A DNA stretch of 64,000 nucleotides from the human T2T-CHM13v2.0 reference genome, Homo sapiens. A model generated the notes under the pieces. The model was given only the letters and a program-made list of their open reading frames with translations. It had not been told where the DNA came from and searched no databases. The stretch lies in the NCBI RefSeq assembly GCF_009914755.1, contig NC_060925.1. One strand, 5' to 3'. Both the position numbers and the translations under genes were made by a program. Positions 29,793 through 46,860 of the stretch are shown in pieces (the first letter of the stretch is position 1; each line of letters starts with the position of its first letter).

Positions 29793-30065
29793 GGGACTCT
29801 GTGTAGTGGCTCATGCCTGTAATCCCAGCACTTTGAGAGGCCGAGGCAGGCAGATTGCTTGAGTGCAGGAGTTCAAGACCAATCTGGGCAACATGGTGAA
29901 ATCCAATATCCGCCAAAAATAATGATAATAAAGATACAAAAATTAGCTGGGTTTGGTGGTGCACACCTGAGCCTGGGGAATCTGAGGCTGCAGTGAGCTA
30001 TGATGGCACCACCGCACTCCAGCCTGAGTGAGAGAGTGAGACCCTGTATCAAAAATAAATACATA
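29793..30065 (+). mobile_element. AluJ with a deletion in the right arm
   Basis: GATTGCTTGAG...CTGGGCAACATGG...GAGGCTGCAGTGAGCTATGATGGCACC; part of the right arm is missing near 29970. Confidence 0.8.
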
Positions 30066-30349
30066 CAGAAAAGAAAAGGGAAAAAAAGATGACCTGAGAA
30101 GTGAGATAAAAAATATGAGAGAAAAACAGCAGAAAGGAAAAGTCTAACAACGTCAAAGGAAGCAAATGTAGATACTAAGGTCAAAGGGAAACAAACAAAT
30201 AAAACATTAGTTGACTGCAGCATTGCTAAGGATTGGGAAATGGAGGATGATATAGGCAGGGAATGGCTACATTTGTATAACAGCCTTTTAGGCTTATTTA
30301 ACTGTTTAAGTTATGTGATTGTATAATTTGGATTAACATAAAACCTAAA

Positions 30350-31900
30350 CAAAATCCTCACTTGGCCCTTAACTTTTCCAACCACCAGCATTTTCTTTCC
30401 TCCCATTCACTGCAAAAGCCTTTTAAAATAGTTTTCTATATGTAGTGTTTTCACCTCCCACCCTACCAACCAATTCTCTTCTTAAACTACTCCAATCAGT
30501 CTTTAGTCTACAACATTGTACTGAATTGGCTTTTGTTAAAGTCAGCAATGACCTACATCTTGCCAAAGTCAATGTTCCATTTGAAATTATCTTATTTGAC
30601 TTTTTGCTAGTGTTTGACACAGTTGACCACTGGATTCTTTCTTGAAATGGTTCTCCTAAGACCACAGTGACATAATAGTTTTTTTCTCTCCATCTCTACT
30701 TTCCTGGCGACTCATTTTAAGCCTCCTTTGATAAGTTTTACTCCTTTGACAGATCTCTAAGTGTGAAGGACTCCGGCTTTTGGTGCTCAGCCTCTGTAGT
30801 TTATCTTTCTAGCCTTCCTCTCAGGATGATTTTTCCAATCCCATAACATAATTACTAGTTGTATATTGATGACACTCAATGTTATATTTCTCTACCAGAC
30901 CTCTTCTGGGCTCCAGACTCCTATATCCAATTGCTTATTCAACATTTCCGCTCTGTCTACGAGGAATGTGGATGCCAATAGGGCCACAACAGAATTAATA
31001 ATTCCAATTTTCTCTCAATCGGTTCCTGCTCAAATTCAGTCTTCCTAAACCCTTTTTATTCCAGGTATGGGCATTGTTATCTATCCTTATACTCAGAAAA
31101 AAAAATCATAAGTCTTATTTCCTCACACTTCACACCTGTTTTTTCTGGATAGCCTGTCACATCTCTTCTGCTAGAATATATTCCAAATTCAAACATTTCT
31201 CATTATTTTTACTGCATTTCCAAAACATTCTTACTTGGGATCTTGAAATGGGCTCTAAACTAGAATCCTTTATTTCATTATGCTTAAATATAGTATGTTT
31301 TCCACACAGAAACTAGAGATATGTTTGTAAAAGGTAAATCAAATCATGCCATTCCATGCACACAAACTTAAAATGGATTTCCATGAAAATCTAACTTATA
31401 TCCACATTCATTTTCTTTGTTTACACATTTTTATATACTTGGTCCCTCTCTGACTCTCCAAACTCATTGTTACTTCTTATTCACTGTGTTCATCCCATAT
31501 TGGTTTCCTTTTTATCCCTCAAACAATAAGCTTACTCCCACCTCTGTGCCCTTGCTATTTATTCTTCTTTGAAACTTCTTCAGGCAGACATTTACATGGC
31601 TCTCCGTTTCTTTATCTATGTCTCAACAAATGTTCTCTTCTCAGAGAAGCATTTCACAATCACTCCAGCTACAGCAAATTTCCCTCTCCCCTCTCCTCCA
31701 CACCATATTCTACATAACATTAATTCATTTTCTCCCAGGAAAAAATGTAGCACCTGATTTTACTGATGTTTCTTTATTTAAAAAGTCTTTCCCCTTCCAT
31801 TAGAATATAAAGTTGCTCCCTCGATCTGTCATGTCATATCTAAATGAGTCTGGCACAAAGCACATGCCTAAAACAATGCTTTGTTTACTGAATAACTGAA
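30350..31900 (+). mobile_element. L2 3' portion
   Basis: RT remnant ORF 30445..30645 (LQSVF...HCTELAFVKVSNDLHLAK...FDTVDH); ends TTGTTTACTGAATAACTGAA. Confidence 0.75.
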
Positions 31901-33039
31901 ATTAATGTTTTAAATTCTACCTCATGCAAGGAGAATTCAAATGTCCTTTGAATAGCTTGAAAAAGTGTATAATTCTCCCAATCTATCTCCTTTCAATCCT
32001 CCTGAAATATTCTGGACTCACAATTTCAAACCACTTGTGAGCCACTGATGTAATATGTTGATTTATACCTCCCTACATTTGTATATTGCTATTATTCTTT
32101 TTACTGAGGATTCTCCAACTTGCATCCACCAAAGGTATTTCCTCCTGGAATACTATATGATGCTTCCTCCTTTTCTACACCATCACTGGACTTATAAGGC
32201 CTGACTCTCCTCCGCACCTAGAACGCTTTCTGTATCCACAGTGTCCAACACTTTTTCCATTGTTTTGTCACTCTTCGTTTTATCACTTTCTTGATTGTGA
32301 GGTATTAGAGGATGGAGATTTTTCATCTTGTGTCCATTTGTATACCTAGTACTTAAAACAGAGTAAGATGTAATATTAGGTAATACGCATATACCTGAAA
32401 CTTTCTAGGGTACATCTGTTTTCATACAGTCTATACCAATGTTAATCAGAATTCAACATTTTTTTGATTATTAGATAGCAATGATGATTTCTATAATGCT
32501 AGTGAACCATTGACAGTTTACTTAAAATTAAATAGGAATGTAGAGAGTACCTTATATAGCATGAATCAATTTTTCTCAAAATTTTTCATTATTTATCTCT
32601 GTCGAATTCATTATCCCTCCAGACCAACTTCTTGGTGACGAATTCTTTCCTAATCTTTTCCCTACTCTCTGCAAACCTCACTGACTCAAAAATTCTATGC
32701 TGACATCTTTTTTTTATTATTTTATTGTAGAAAACAATTTAACTTTGCTTCCTTACTATTATATTCCAATTCCCATTATACCATCTGATGTGGAAAATTA
32801 TTTTTAAAAATCACATCTTTTAAAAATAATCCGTGAATTTTAAATACAAAAATGATTCTTATCACAAGGATCTCTTCTTTTTTTTGGTATTATTTTCTTC
32901 ATCATAACAGATAAAACAATTTTGTTAAAAGTGCAAGCAATTATATATATACATTTTTCATATTGTCCTTATTAGATTCTTTAGCTGTCATGTCTGTTTT
33001 ATCTTCTAATGCCAATGATTTTCACAACTAGAACTATTC

Positions 33040-33550
33040 TCAGGGAATCTTTGCATTAGTTGGAATATATGACATGTTTGATGTAAAAGAAACCCAAACA
33101 ACAGTAGCTTAAATGAGATAGAAGATCCTCTTATGTAATGAAGATAGAAATAAGAAGCTGGTTTGGCAGATCTGCTTCAAGAAGATTTTTAGGGACACAG
33201 AACTTACTGTATTGTTGCTTCATAATAGGAAATTACTGATATCTTATATGGTCCCAAATGTTTCATCATCATGCTTTTTACTCAGGCAATGGAATGGAGC
33301 AAAGAATGGAACAAGAAATGCACACCTCTTCTCTTAAAGGAAAAAATTCAGAGTAGCTCATATCACTTCTGAAATATTATACTGGCCAGAATTTAATTAT
33401 AACTCTACACTTACTTGCAAGAGAGACTATAATATGTAGACTTCATTCTGGTTAACAGTTGGTCTAATTAAAAATTGGGGATTCTGATACTATGACAGAA
33501 AAGGGAAAAGTGGATACTAACTGGAAATAACTGGCACTTTTGGCATAATC
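33040..33550 (-). mobile_element. Ancient MLT1I/J-like LTR
   Basis: AAAAGAAACCCAAACAACAGTAGCTTAAATGAGATAGAAG...GGGAAAAGTGGATACT signature. Confidence 0.5.
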
Positions 33551-33704
33551 CCCTGTTTCTTCTAAATAGATTAAATTTGGTAGAAAAATAGGCAAAAATT
33601 ATGAACAGTTTAAAAAATATAAAATGTCCTTTAGACATACAAAAATATTCATTTTCACTTACAATAAGAAACATGTAATTAAAATTTACACAGATAGAGT
33701 GATA

Positions 33705-36050
<2,346 letters not shown>

Positions 36051-36479
36051 TGTTCTACAATAAAGAGATCTGAAAGACAAAACACAACAAATAAAATATA
36101 AGAAATGTGTTTTTATTCTGATTCCAATAAATCAAGTATAAAAATACATTTAAAAAACCCTGAAATTTGACTATAGAAATTTCATTACGATATTAGAGGT
36201 ACTAAACAATATCATCACTTTTTTAGTTATGTTAACTCTGTAGCTTTGGGAATTCATACTAATGCAATTGAGAAGCGGCAAAATATTTGAGAATTGCTTT
36301 AAAATACTTTTCAAGGAAGAAAATCATAGTCAAGGATAAAGCAAAACACATAATATTAATAATTCTTTCTGGGTGATGGGTATATAGGGTTCATTATACC
36401 ATTATTTTTACTTTTTAATATTTTTGAAAATTTTTCTAATAAAAACTGTTTAGAAAACACTTGGAGTCTGATTACTTCT

Positions 36480-37215
36480 GAACTCCATTTACGTCTTTTA
36501 TTCTTAGAGAAATTGTTACCATTTCTCTCCATGATTATTGCAGTAGCCTGTAATATCATCTCCCCCAACCCATTTACCAATTCTATTAAGAAGATGAAGT
36601 AATCATTTGCAATAGAAGTAAAAATAATCCAACTTTTTCTCATAACTGTCTTAATTTCCCATGTCCTTCAGAGTCAGAGCCAAAGTCCTTCCAATGGTCT
36701 ATCTGGCTATATTAACCTTCCTCCCCTTAAATTTCAAACCTGGATTTACCACTTCTCTCTGAGTTGGTGGATTCAGTTAAACTATTCACTTTCCTCATGC
36801 CAAATATATACCACCTTGGAGGCTTTGCTCTAGCTGCCTCCTTTTCTTGGAATCCACATGACTAGCTCCCTTAACTTCTCAAGGTTTTGCTCAACATCGC
36901 TTTCTTAATAAGGCCTAGTGTGGCATTCCTTATCTTGTCACAGTTAAAATTACAAACTGCTTTAACCCAACTCGAACATTCTCCACCTCTTTAATCTGCT
37001 CTGTTTTTTTAGCATTTATCACTTTTCAATATATTGTAATTAATTTTAATATTAAATTATCTATCATTCTGCTGCTGGGTAAGCTCTATCAGGAGAGGGA
37101 GCTTTATCTATTTGTGTCCATGTTTGTTTACTACTGTATCCTGAGTGATTAAAATAGTACATGGAGCATCATAGAAAATCAATAAATATTTCTATTGTAA
37201 ATTAATGACTGAATT
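36480..37215 (+). mobile_element. L2 3' fragment
   Basis: CAGAGCCAAAGTCCTT...ACATGACTAGCTCCCTTAACTTC...AATCAATAAATATTT...TTAATGACTGAAT end. Confidence 0.6.
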
Positions 37216-38159
37216 TATGAACTACTGGTAATATTATATTTGAAAACATTAAATATGAGAATGTGCATAGACAAGCCACATTATAAAAAAATCGATATAT
37301 GTCAACTTAGATAAAACATGGAATTTGAAGCAGGTTGTTATCTCACAGTCTTAAATTTTTTTTTACCTATATAGATAAATTTGATACTCTCTAGCTAAAA
37401 GAACACATACACATTTCTTTCATTTAGTTTTAAATGAAACAAGGAAAAATAGAACTTTGACTTTTTCCTAAATATATGTTAGATTTTTTTAGTATCTGTT
37501 GTTGTTCAAAGAGAAGTAATTAGTAAAGAATTTCTATTGTTGAGAGTTAATTAGTGCAATAGTGTGACAGGACATATCAGAAATCATAAATTTTACATAA
37601 AATTGTTAAAACTGAGTAATTAATAAAATATGTTTTATAACTTATCTTTTCCAAATGCAAAACAGAATAGATGGATGAAAGTTTATTTAAAGGCTGTGTT
37701 CAGTCTTCATGTCTTCTAAGTGTGATACTCACACCTCTTGCTCATTAAGAAAAATCCACATGCACTATCAGTATTAAACAAAAGAAAAAAGCTCTCTTTG
37801 AATTTGGAAGCAAAATTTGTAGAGTGTAAAAGGTAGACATGTACAATGGCTTATTTTTTTGCATAACAAATTAGAAAGCAATTCATAAACTACAAAAGAT
37901 CTGAGAAGATCTGTTATTTCTAGAGATTAATATAGTCCGTGTGATCAGAGGAATGTCATTGCTCAGCAGTGCATTTCTAGCACCTGTGGGTAATGCTAGG
38001 CACTGGTGAAAACTCATCAAATAATTTAATTCAGCAAAAATGTTATAAAAATATCAAATACAAATTTTGGAATTCAAAAGACCTATATTGAGAACTTTAT
38101 GTTAGAATAACATCAAAGTTGTTAGTTTATAGCCAGAGCAAAGAAAACAATGAAAAAAG

Positions 38160-40399
38160 TATACATATATAATATATATATATATATATTACCCTTTAAG
38201 TTCTAGGGTTCTAGAGTACATGTGCACAATATGCAGGTTTGTTACATATGTATACATGTGCCATGTTGGTGTGCTGCACCCATTAACTCGTCATTTACAT
38301 TAGGTCTATCTCCTAATGCTATACCTCCCCCCTCCCCCCACCCCAAGACAGGCCCCAGTGTGTGATGTTCCCCACCCTTTGTCCAAGTGTTCTCATTGTT
38401 CAATTCTCACCTATGAGTGAGAACATGCGGTGTTTGATTTTCTGTCCTTGTGATAGTTTGCTCTGAATGATGGTTTCCAACTTCATTCATGTCCCCACAA
38501 AGGACTTGAACTTATCCTTTTTTATGGCTGCATAGTATTCCATGGTGTATATGTGCCACATCTTAATCAGTCTATCATTCATGGACATTTGGGTTGGTTC
38601 TAAGTCTTTGCTATTGTGAATAGTGCCACAATAAACATACATGTGCATGTGCCTTTGTAGCAGCATGATCTATAATTCTTTGGGTATATATTCAGTAATG
38701 GGATGGCTGGGTCAAATGGTATTTCTAGTTCTAGATCCTTGATGAATCACCGCACTGTCTTCCACAGTGGTTGAACTAGTTTACAGTCCCACCAAGTGTG
38801 TAAAAGTGTTCCTATTTCTCCACATCCTCTCCAGCGCCCATTGTCTCCCGACTTTTTAATGATCGCCATTCTAACTGGTGTGAGATTGTATCTCATTGTG
38901 GTTTTGATTTGCATTTCTCTGATGGCCACTGATGAAGAGCATTTTTTCATGTGTCTGTTGGCTGCATAAATGTCTTCTTTTGAGAAGTGCCTGTTCATAT
39001 CCTTTGCCCATTTTTTGATGGGGTTTTTTTTTCTTGTAAATTTGTTTAAGTTATTTGTAGATTCTGGATATTAGCCCTTTATCAGATGGGTAGATTGTAA
39101 AAATTTTCTCCCATTCTGTAGGTTGCCTGTTCACTCTGATGATAGTTTCTTTTGCTGTGCAGAAGCTCTTTAGTTTAATTAGATCCCATTTGTCTGCTTT
39201 GGCTTTTGTTGCCACTGCTTTTGGTGTTTTAGTCATGAAGTCCTTGCCCATGCCTATGTCCTGAATGGTATTGCCTCGGTTTTCTTCTAGGGTTTTTATG
39301 GTTTTAGGGCTAACATTTAAGTCTTTAAACCATGTTGAATTAATTTTTGTATAAGGTGTAAGGAAGGCATCCAGTTTCAGCTTTCTACATATGGCTAGCC
39401 AGTTTTCCCAGCATCATTTATTAAATAGGGAATCCTTTCCCCATTGCTTGTTTTTTTCAGGTTTGTCAAAGATCAGATGGTTGTAGATGTGTGGTGTTAT
39501 TTCTGAGGGCTCTGTTCTGTTCCATTGGTCTATATCTCTGTTTTGGTACCAGTACCATGCTGTTTTGGTTACTGTATCCTTGTAGCATAGTTTGAAATCA
39601 GGTAGCGTGATGCATCCAGCTCTGTTCTTTTGGCTTAGGATTGCCTTGGCTATGCGGGCTCTTTTTTGTTTCTGTATGAACTTTAAAGTAATTTTTTCCA
39701 ATTGTGTGAAGAAAGTCATTGGTAGCTTGATGGGGATGGCATTGAATCTACAAATTACCTTGGGCAGTATGGCCATTCTCACAATATTGATTCTTCCTAC
39801 CCATGAGCATGGAATATTCTTCCATTTGTTTGTATCCTCTTTTATTTCATTGAGCAGTGGTTTGTAGTTCTCCTTGAAGATGTCCTTCACATCCCTTGTA
39901 AGTTGGATTCCTAGGTATTTTATTCTCTTTGAAGCAATTGTGAATGTGAATTCACTCATGATTTGGCTCTCTGTTTGTCTGTTATTGGTGTATGGGAATG
40001 TTTCTGATTTTTGCACATTGATTTTGTATCTTGAGACTTTGCTGAAGGTGCTAATCAGCTTAAAGAGATTTGGGGCTGCGATGATGGGGTTTTCTAAATA
40101 TACAATTATGTCATCTGCAAACAGGGACAAGTTGACTTACTCTTTTCCTGATTGAATACCCTTTATTTCTTTCTTCTGCCCGATTGTCTTGGCCACAACT
40201 TCCAACACTAAGTTGAATAGGAGTGGTCAGAAAGGACATCCCTGTCTTGTGCAAGTTTGCAAAGGGAATGCTTCCAGTTTTTGCCCATTCAGTTTGATAT
40301 TGGCTCTGGGTTTGTCATAAATAACTCTTGTTATTTTGAGATAAGTCCCATCAATACCTAATTTATTGAGAATTTTTAGCATGAAGGGCTGTTGAATTC
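38160..40399 (-). mobile_element. 5'-truncated L1PA (L1PA4/5-like); ORF2 RT pseudogene fragment
   Basis: ORF 39414..40130 [15 protein letters not shown]...[12 protein letters not shown]; L1PA 3'UTR at the left end with a tail decayed to (TA)n. Confidence 0.93.
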
Positions 40400-40497
40400 T
40401 GCAACCTCAACCCATGCTGCTGTGCATGATTTTAGTCCCTGCTTATATAAGCTGGGTAATGACCAACCAGACTGTATTCAGAAGATCCCTTTTAGTT

Positions 40498-40645
40498 AGA
40501 TAGGCGTGGTGATCCACTCCTGTAATCCCAGCTACTTGAGAGGCTAAGGCAGGAGAATTGCTTGATGTGAGGAATTCAAGGCTGAAGTGAGCCTTGATAG
40601 CAGCATGGCACTCCAGCCTAGGTGACAGAGAGTGACCCTGTCTTT
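40498..40645 (+). mobile_element. FRAM / AluJ right-arm monomer
   Basis: Single arm CTGTAATCCCAGCTACTTGAGAGGCT...GTGACCCTGTCT. Confidence 0.75.
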
Positions 40646-40979
40646 ATATATATATGTGTGTGTGTGTATTTATATATATAAATAAAAATAAGAATATTTT
40701 CAAAATTTTGAAAAAGATTCTAGACATTTAACTTAAACACGTCTTAAGTTAAAATAATTTTTAAACATTTTCAGGAAGGCAATGTGTAAGAAGCAGATTT
40801 ACACTGGATAATTTCAGTTTGAAATTATGGTCAGTCTGTGGATAGTCTAGGGACACAAGTTTCTTCTTGACAAAAAACAAAAATGCTCTAAAACATTTTT
40901 AAATAAAAAATCAACACTATAGAAAAACAGTCCCGCAAAAAAATATATCACAGTGACTGGAAGTATTTAAGAAGATCTG

Positions 40980-43900
40980 TGCATGACATATTTAAAGTGC
41001 TAAAGGTAAAATAACAAAAAGTTTAAAAAGCAGGGGGATGAAGTTAAAGTGTAAAGTTTTTATTAGTTTTTTGTGTGTGTTCATGTGTTTGTTTGTATAG
41101 TCAATGTTAACTTGTCATCAGTTTAAAATAATGGGTTATAAGATAGTATTTGTAAGCCTCATGGTAACTTCAAATCCAAAAACCTGCAATAAACAGACAA
41201 AAAATTAAAAGTAAGCAATTAAAGCATATCACTGCAGAAAATCACTTTCACTAAAAGAAAGACAGACTCGAAGGAAAGAAGGAAGAGGCCACAAAACAAA
41301 TAGAAAACAAATAAAATGAAAGTATTAAGTTCTTACTTACTGATAATAGCATTGAATATAAATGACCTAAACTCTCCAATCAAAAGACATAGAGTGGCTG
41401 AATAGATGATAAAACAAGACTTAATGGTCTGTAGCCTGCAAGAAAGACATTTCACCAATACAAATACACATAGACTAAAAATAAGTGGCTAGAAAAAGAT
41501 ATTCTATGCCAATAGAAACAACACAACAACCAAAAAAAGAGCAGGAGTTACTATACTTAGTCAACATAGATTTCAAGACAAAGACTACAAGAAAAGTCAA
41601 AGAAAGTCATTTTATAATAATAAAAGAGTCAAGTCAGCAAGAAGATATAACAATTGTAAATATATATGCACCAAACATTGAGGCATCCAGATGTGTAAAA
41701 CAAATATTGTTAAAGTAAAAGAGACAGACCTCAACACAATAGTATCTGGAGACTTCAGCACCCCACTTTCAGCATTAAAGAGATGTTTCAAACAGAAAAA
41801 CAACCATCATCAGACTTAATCTGCAATGTAGAATAAAAGAACCTGGTAGGTTTTTACAGAACATTTCATTGAAGAGCTGCAGAATACACATTCTCTTCCT
41901 CAGCACATGGAACATTCTCAAGGATAGACCATATATTAGGTCACAAAACAAGTCTTAAAACATTCAAAAAACATTGACATAATATCAAGCAGTTTCTCTG
42001 ACCACAATACAATAAAACTAGAAATCAATGACAAGAGGAGTTTGGGAAAATATACAAACAAATGGAAATTACACAATGTGCTCACAAATGACCACTGGGA
42101 TAAGGAAGACATTAAGAAGGAAACTGAAACATTTCTTGAAGCAAATGATAGTGAACATACTAAACAGAATATACAAAAATTGATGGGATAGAGCAAAAGC
42201 AGTACTAAGAAGAAAATTTATAGCTATAAGTGCCTGCATGAAAAAAAGAAAAACATCAAAAAAAGAAAAAAACAATGATGCATCTTAAAAAACTAGAAAG
42301 CAAGAGCAAACCAAACTCAAAGTTAGTGGAAGAAAAGAAATAATGAAGATCACAGCAGAAATAAATGAAATTGAAGGAAATCATAACTCACAAAACAGAT
42401 TAATGAAATGAAAAGTTGCTTTCTTGAAAATATAAACAAAATAGACAAACCTTTAGCCAGACTAAGAAAAAAAGAGAGAATACCAACAAATAAAATTAGA
42501 GATGAAAAAGGAGACATTACAACTGATACCACAGAAATTCAGAGGATCATTAGAGACTTCTATGAGCAACTATATGCCAATAACTTGGTAAACCTGGAAA
42601 AAATGGATAAATTGCTATACACAATAAATCTACAAAGATTGAACCAGAAAGAAATTAAGAACCTGAACAGAAGAATAACAAGTTATGAGATTAAAACCAT
42701 AAAAAAAACTCTCCCAGAAAAATAATAATAATAATAATAAAGCCTGGGAACCATTTGCTTTACTGTTGAATTCTATAAAACATTTAAAGAAGAACTAATG
42801 CCAACCTTACTCAAACTATTTTGAAAAACAGAATAATTAGCAGGGGGAATACTCCCAAACACATCGTATGAGTCTCGTATTACCTTGATATGCAAATCAG
42901 ACAAAAATACATAACAAAAGGAAAGACAACCACAGGCCAATATCTCTGATAATATTGATGCAATAATCCTCAATAAAACATTAACAAACTGAATACATTA
43001 ACAAAATCATTCATCACGGCCAAGTGAAGTTATCCCAAAGATGCAAGAATAGTTCAGCATATGCAAATTGATCAATGCGTTCTATCATATCAATAGAAGG
43101 GAGGACAAAATCCATATCATCGTTTCAATTGATACAAAAATGCATTTGATAAACTTTAACATCTCTCCATGATAAAAAAAAAAACCCTCATAAGGCTAGC
43201 TATATAAGGAACATACCTCAACAAAATAAAACCCACATGTAACAGACCTGCAGCTACCATCATACAGAATGAGGAAAACCTGAAAGCCTTTTCTATAAGA
43301 TCTGAAGAATGACAAGGATGCCCACTTTTACCATTGTTATTCAATATAGTACTAGAAGTCCTACCTAGAGCAATCAGACAAAAGAAAGAATTAAAGAGCA
43401 TTGGAATAAAAAAAGAAGCCAAATTATCTTTATTTGCAGTGAAAGATGTCAACAGTGAGAACTATAAAACACTGATGAAAGAGGACACAAAAAATAGTAA
43501 GATATTTCATGTTCATAAATTGGAAGAATTAGCACTGTTAAAATATTCATGCCAAAAGCAGTCTACAGATTCAATGCAATTCTTATCAAAATACAAATGT
43601 CATTCTTCCTCAGAGAAATAGAAAAAACAATTCTAAAATTTATATGGAGCCACAAAAGACCCAATATAGCCAAAGCTATTCTGTGAAAAAAAAAACAAAA
43701 AACAAAAAAAACAGAACTGGAGGAATCTTGTTACCTCACTTTAAGTTATACTACAGAGCTATAGTAACAAAAACAACATGGTATTGGCATAAAAACAGAC
43801 ACACAGACCAATAGAACAGAGTAGATAACCCAGAAACAAATCCATACATCTACAATGAGCTCGTTTTCAACAAAGTTGCCAAGAACACGCACCAGGGAAA

Positions 43901-45285
43901 AGATAATTTCTTCAATAAACGTTGTTGGGAAAACTGGGTATCCATATGCAGAAGAATAAAACTATGTCCATATCTCTTGCAACATATGAAAATCAAACTC
44001 TATAATTCTAATACCTTAAACTATGAAAATATTAGAAGAACCACATTTGGGAAACTCTCCAGGACATTAGTCTGGGCAAAAATTTATTGCCCAACAAGCA
44101 CAGGCAAGCAAAGCAGAAATGCACAAATGGAGTAACATCAAGCTAAAAAGTTTCTGCACAGCAAAGAAGACATTCAACAAAGTGAAAAGAGAAACCATAG
44201 AATGGGAGAAAATATTGCAACCTCTCCATCTGACAAGGGATTAATAACCATATTATATAAGGAGCTCAAACAACTCTATAGGAAAAAAAAACAAATAATC
44301 TAATATAAATGGGCAAAAGATATAAATAGACATTTCTCAAAATAAGATGTACAAATGGCAAACATGCATATGAAAAGGTATTCAACATAATTGATTATCA
44401 GAGAAATTTGAGTCACAAGTATAATGAGATATCATCTCACCTCAGTTAAAATCGCTTTTATCCGAAAGCAGGCAATAAAAAATGCTGGCAAGAATGTGGA
44501 CAAAATGGAACTGCTGTGCACTTTTGGGGGGAATGTAAATTAGTACAACCACTATAGAGAACAATTCGGAGGTCCCTCAAAATACTAAAAATAGAGCTAC
44601 TACAGTATCTAGCAATCTCACTGCTGAGTATATACCCAAAGGAAGGAAATTAGCATACTGCACTCTCATGTTTGTTGCAGCACTATTCCCAATGGGAAAG
44701 ATTTGGCTGAAGACTAAATGTCCATCAAGAGATGAACGAATAAAAAAATATAATTACACACAATGGATTACTCTTCAGCTATAAGAAAAGCCATGAGATC
44801 CTGTCATTTGCACCAACATGGATGGAACTGGATGTCATTATGTTAAGTAAAACAAGCCAGGCACAGAAAGACAAACATCACCTGTTCTCACTTATTTGTG
44901 GGATCTAAAATTCCAAACAAACTAATGGAGATAGAGAGTAGAAAGATGGATACTAGAGGCTGGGAAGGGTGGCTGGGGTGGTGAGAAGGGAGGTAGTGAT
45001 GGTTAGTAGGCACAAAAAAATAGAAAGAATAAGTAAGACCTAGTATATGATAGCACAATAGGGTGACTGTCATCAGTAATAATTGAATTGTACATGTTAA
45101 AATAACTAAAAGAGTATAATATGATTGTGTAACACAAAGAATAAATGTTTGAGGGATAGATACTCAATTTTCTATGATGTGATTATTATGCATTGCATGC
45201 TTCTACCAAAATACCTCATGTACCCGGTAAATATATATATACCTACTATTTACTCACAAAATGTAAATTATTAAAAATTAAAATT
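40980..45285 (+). mobile_element. 5'-truncated L1MA1-3-type element (inter-ORF, ORF2, 3'UTR)
   Basis: Endonuclease/RT remnants in the ORF track (VNIYAPN, KGDITTDTTEIQRII); TSD AGAAGATCTG at 40970-40979 and 45286-45295. Confidence 0.85.
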
Positions 45286-45659
45286 AGAAGATCTGAATAT
45301 AATTGCAAAATTATGACATAAAAATATTTTCCTAGATGGAAATGTATTATGTTATTTTAATATGACACATTCTAATTAAATCAATTATAATATTCTTGAA
45401 TATACAATTTGCCCAAAGCACTGGGAAAACACACACACACATACACACCCCTATTCCCCCACATACAGTAATACCTCAGATATACTGCATCTTACCGATC
45501 ACTGCAATAAAACGAATAGCAAAATAAAGTGAGCCACACAAAGCTTTTGGTTTCCCAGTGCATATAAAATTATGTTACACTATACTGTAACCTATTAAGT
45601 GTTCAATAGCGTTGTGTTTAAAAAATAATGTGTATTCCTTAATTTAAAATTCTTTATTG

Positions 45660-45951
45660 AGCTGGGCACACTGGCTCATGCCTGTAATCCCAGCACTTTG
45701 GGATCCCAAGGTGGATGAATCACTTGAGGTCAGGAGTTCGAAACAAGTCTAGCCAACATAGTGAAACCCCGTCTCTACTAAAAATACAAAAATTAGCCAA
45801 GTGTGGTGGCGGGCACCTGTAATCCCAGCTACTTGGGAGGCTGAGGCAGGAGAATTGCTTGAACTTGGGACATGGAGGTTGCATTGAGCCTAGATTGCAC
45901 TACTGCACTCCAGACAGGGCAACAGGGCAGGACTCTGTCTCAAGAAAAAAA
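45660..45951 (+). mobile_element. AluSx/Sz inside Tigger1
   Basis: Full dimer; TSD AAAATTCTTTATTG on both sides. Confidence 0.92.
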
Positions 45952-46391
45952 AAAATTCTTTATTGTTAAAAGAAGCTAACTCTCACCTGAGTCTTCAGTG
46001 AATAGTAATCTTTTTGCTGATGGAGGGTGCCACCTCAACATTGATGACTGCTGACCGATGAGGGTGTTGGTTACTGAAGGCTAGGGGTCTCTGGCAATTT
46101 CTTAAGATGGCATATTTGTTGCACTGATTAACCCTTCCTTTTATGAAAGATTTCTCTGTAGTGTGTGATGCTGTTTAAAAGTATTTTACCTATAGTAGAA
46201 CTTTTTTCAAAATTAGAGTCAATTCCTTAAATTCTGCCAACACTTTATCAACTAAGCTTGTGAGATATTCTAAATCTTTTGTTGTCATTTCAACAATGTT
46301 CACATAATATTCACCAGAAGAATGTTTCTTCTCAAAAAGCAGCTTGATTTTCTCACTCATAAGAAATAACTTCTTGTCCACTCAAATTTTT

Positions 46392-46860
46392 TATACAGTT
46401 ATAACTTAATTTATGAAATAATATAGCAAAATTTGTTATACATTGTTTCTTTTGATATGACAAGATTTAGAAGTAAAAAATTGCCAACTCACAATTGACT
46501 TTTATTCATTTTCATATAAATGGCTGAGAGATATAACCAAATATTATCTTACAGTGTATTCACAGAGATGTAAAACCTGAAAATATTTCAACAACTGAGC
46601 TAAGTATAATCAGGATCTCTGACTGGGTTTGCATGAATTGCATGAGTAAACAGCAATTTTTTTAACTAAATGTATTCAAATTAGATGTTTATAAAATGAC
46701 ATATTTTAAATTCTTACTTTGGATATTGAATGTATACTAAATGTTGTTGCTATGCAAAAGGGGAAAAGTCTCACTGTAATCTTTTAGTCAGTACATTAGT
46801 TTGCACTTCAACTCTGCTTCATTAAGCAACACTTACCTGGCAGGCAGGAGATCATAATCA
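46392..46860 (-). pseudogene. TSD-flanked insert, probably a retrocopied mRNA 3'UTR of unknown source
   Basis: Non-Tigger AT-rich 470 bp between CCACTCAAATTTTT (46378-46391) and CCATTCAAGTTTTT (46861-46874). On the minus strand, CATAAA (46410-46415) lies ~18 nt before a short A run. Confidence 0.6.

Noticed and set aside
39414-40130. Longest ORF (238 aa) with an RT FADD motif
   Set aside because: A fragment of a 5'-truncated L1PA ORF2, with no promoter, ORF1 or endonuclease.
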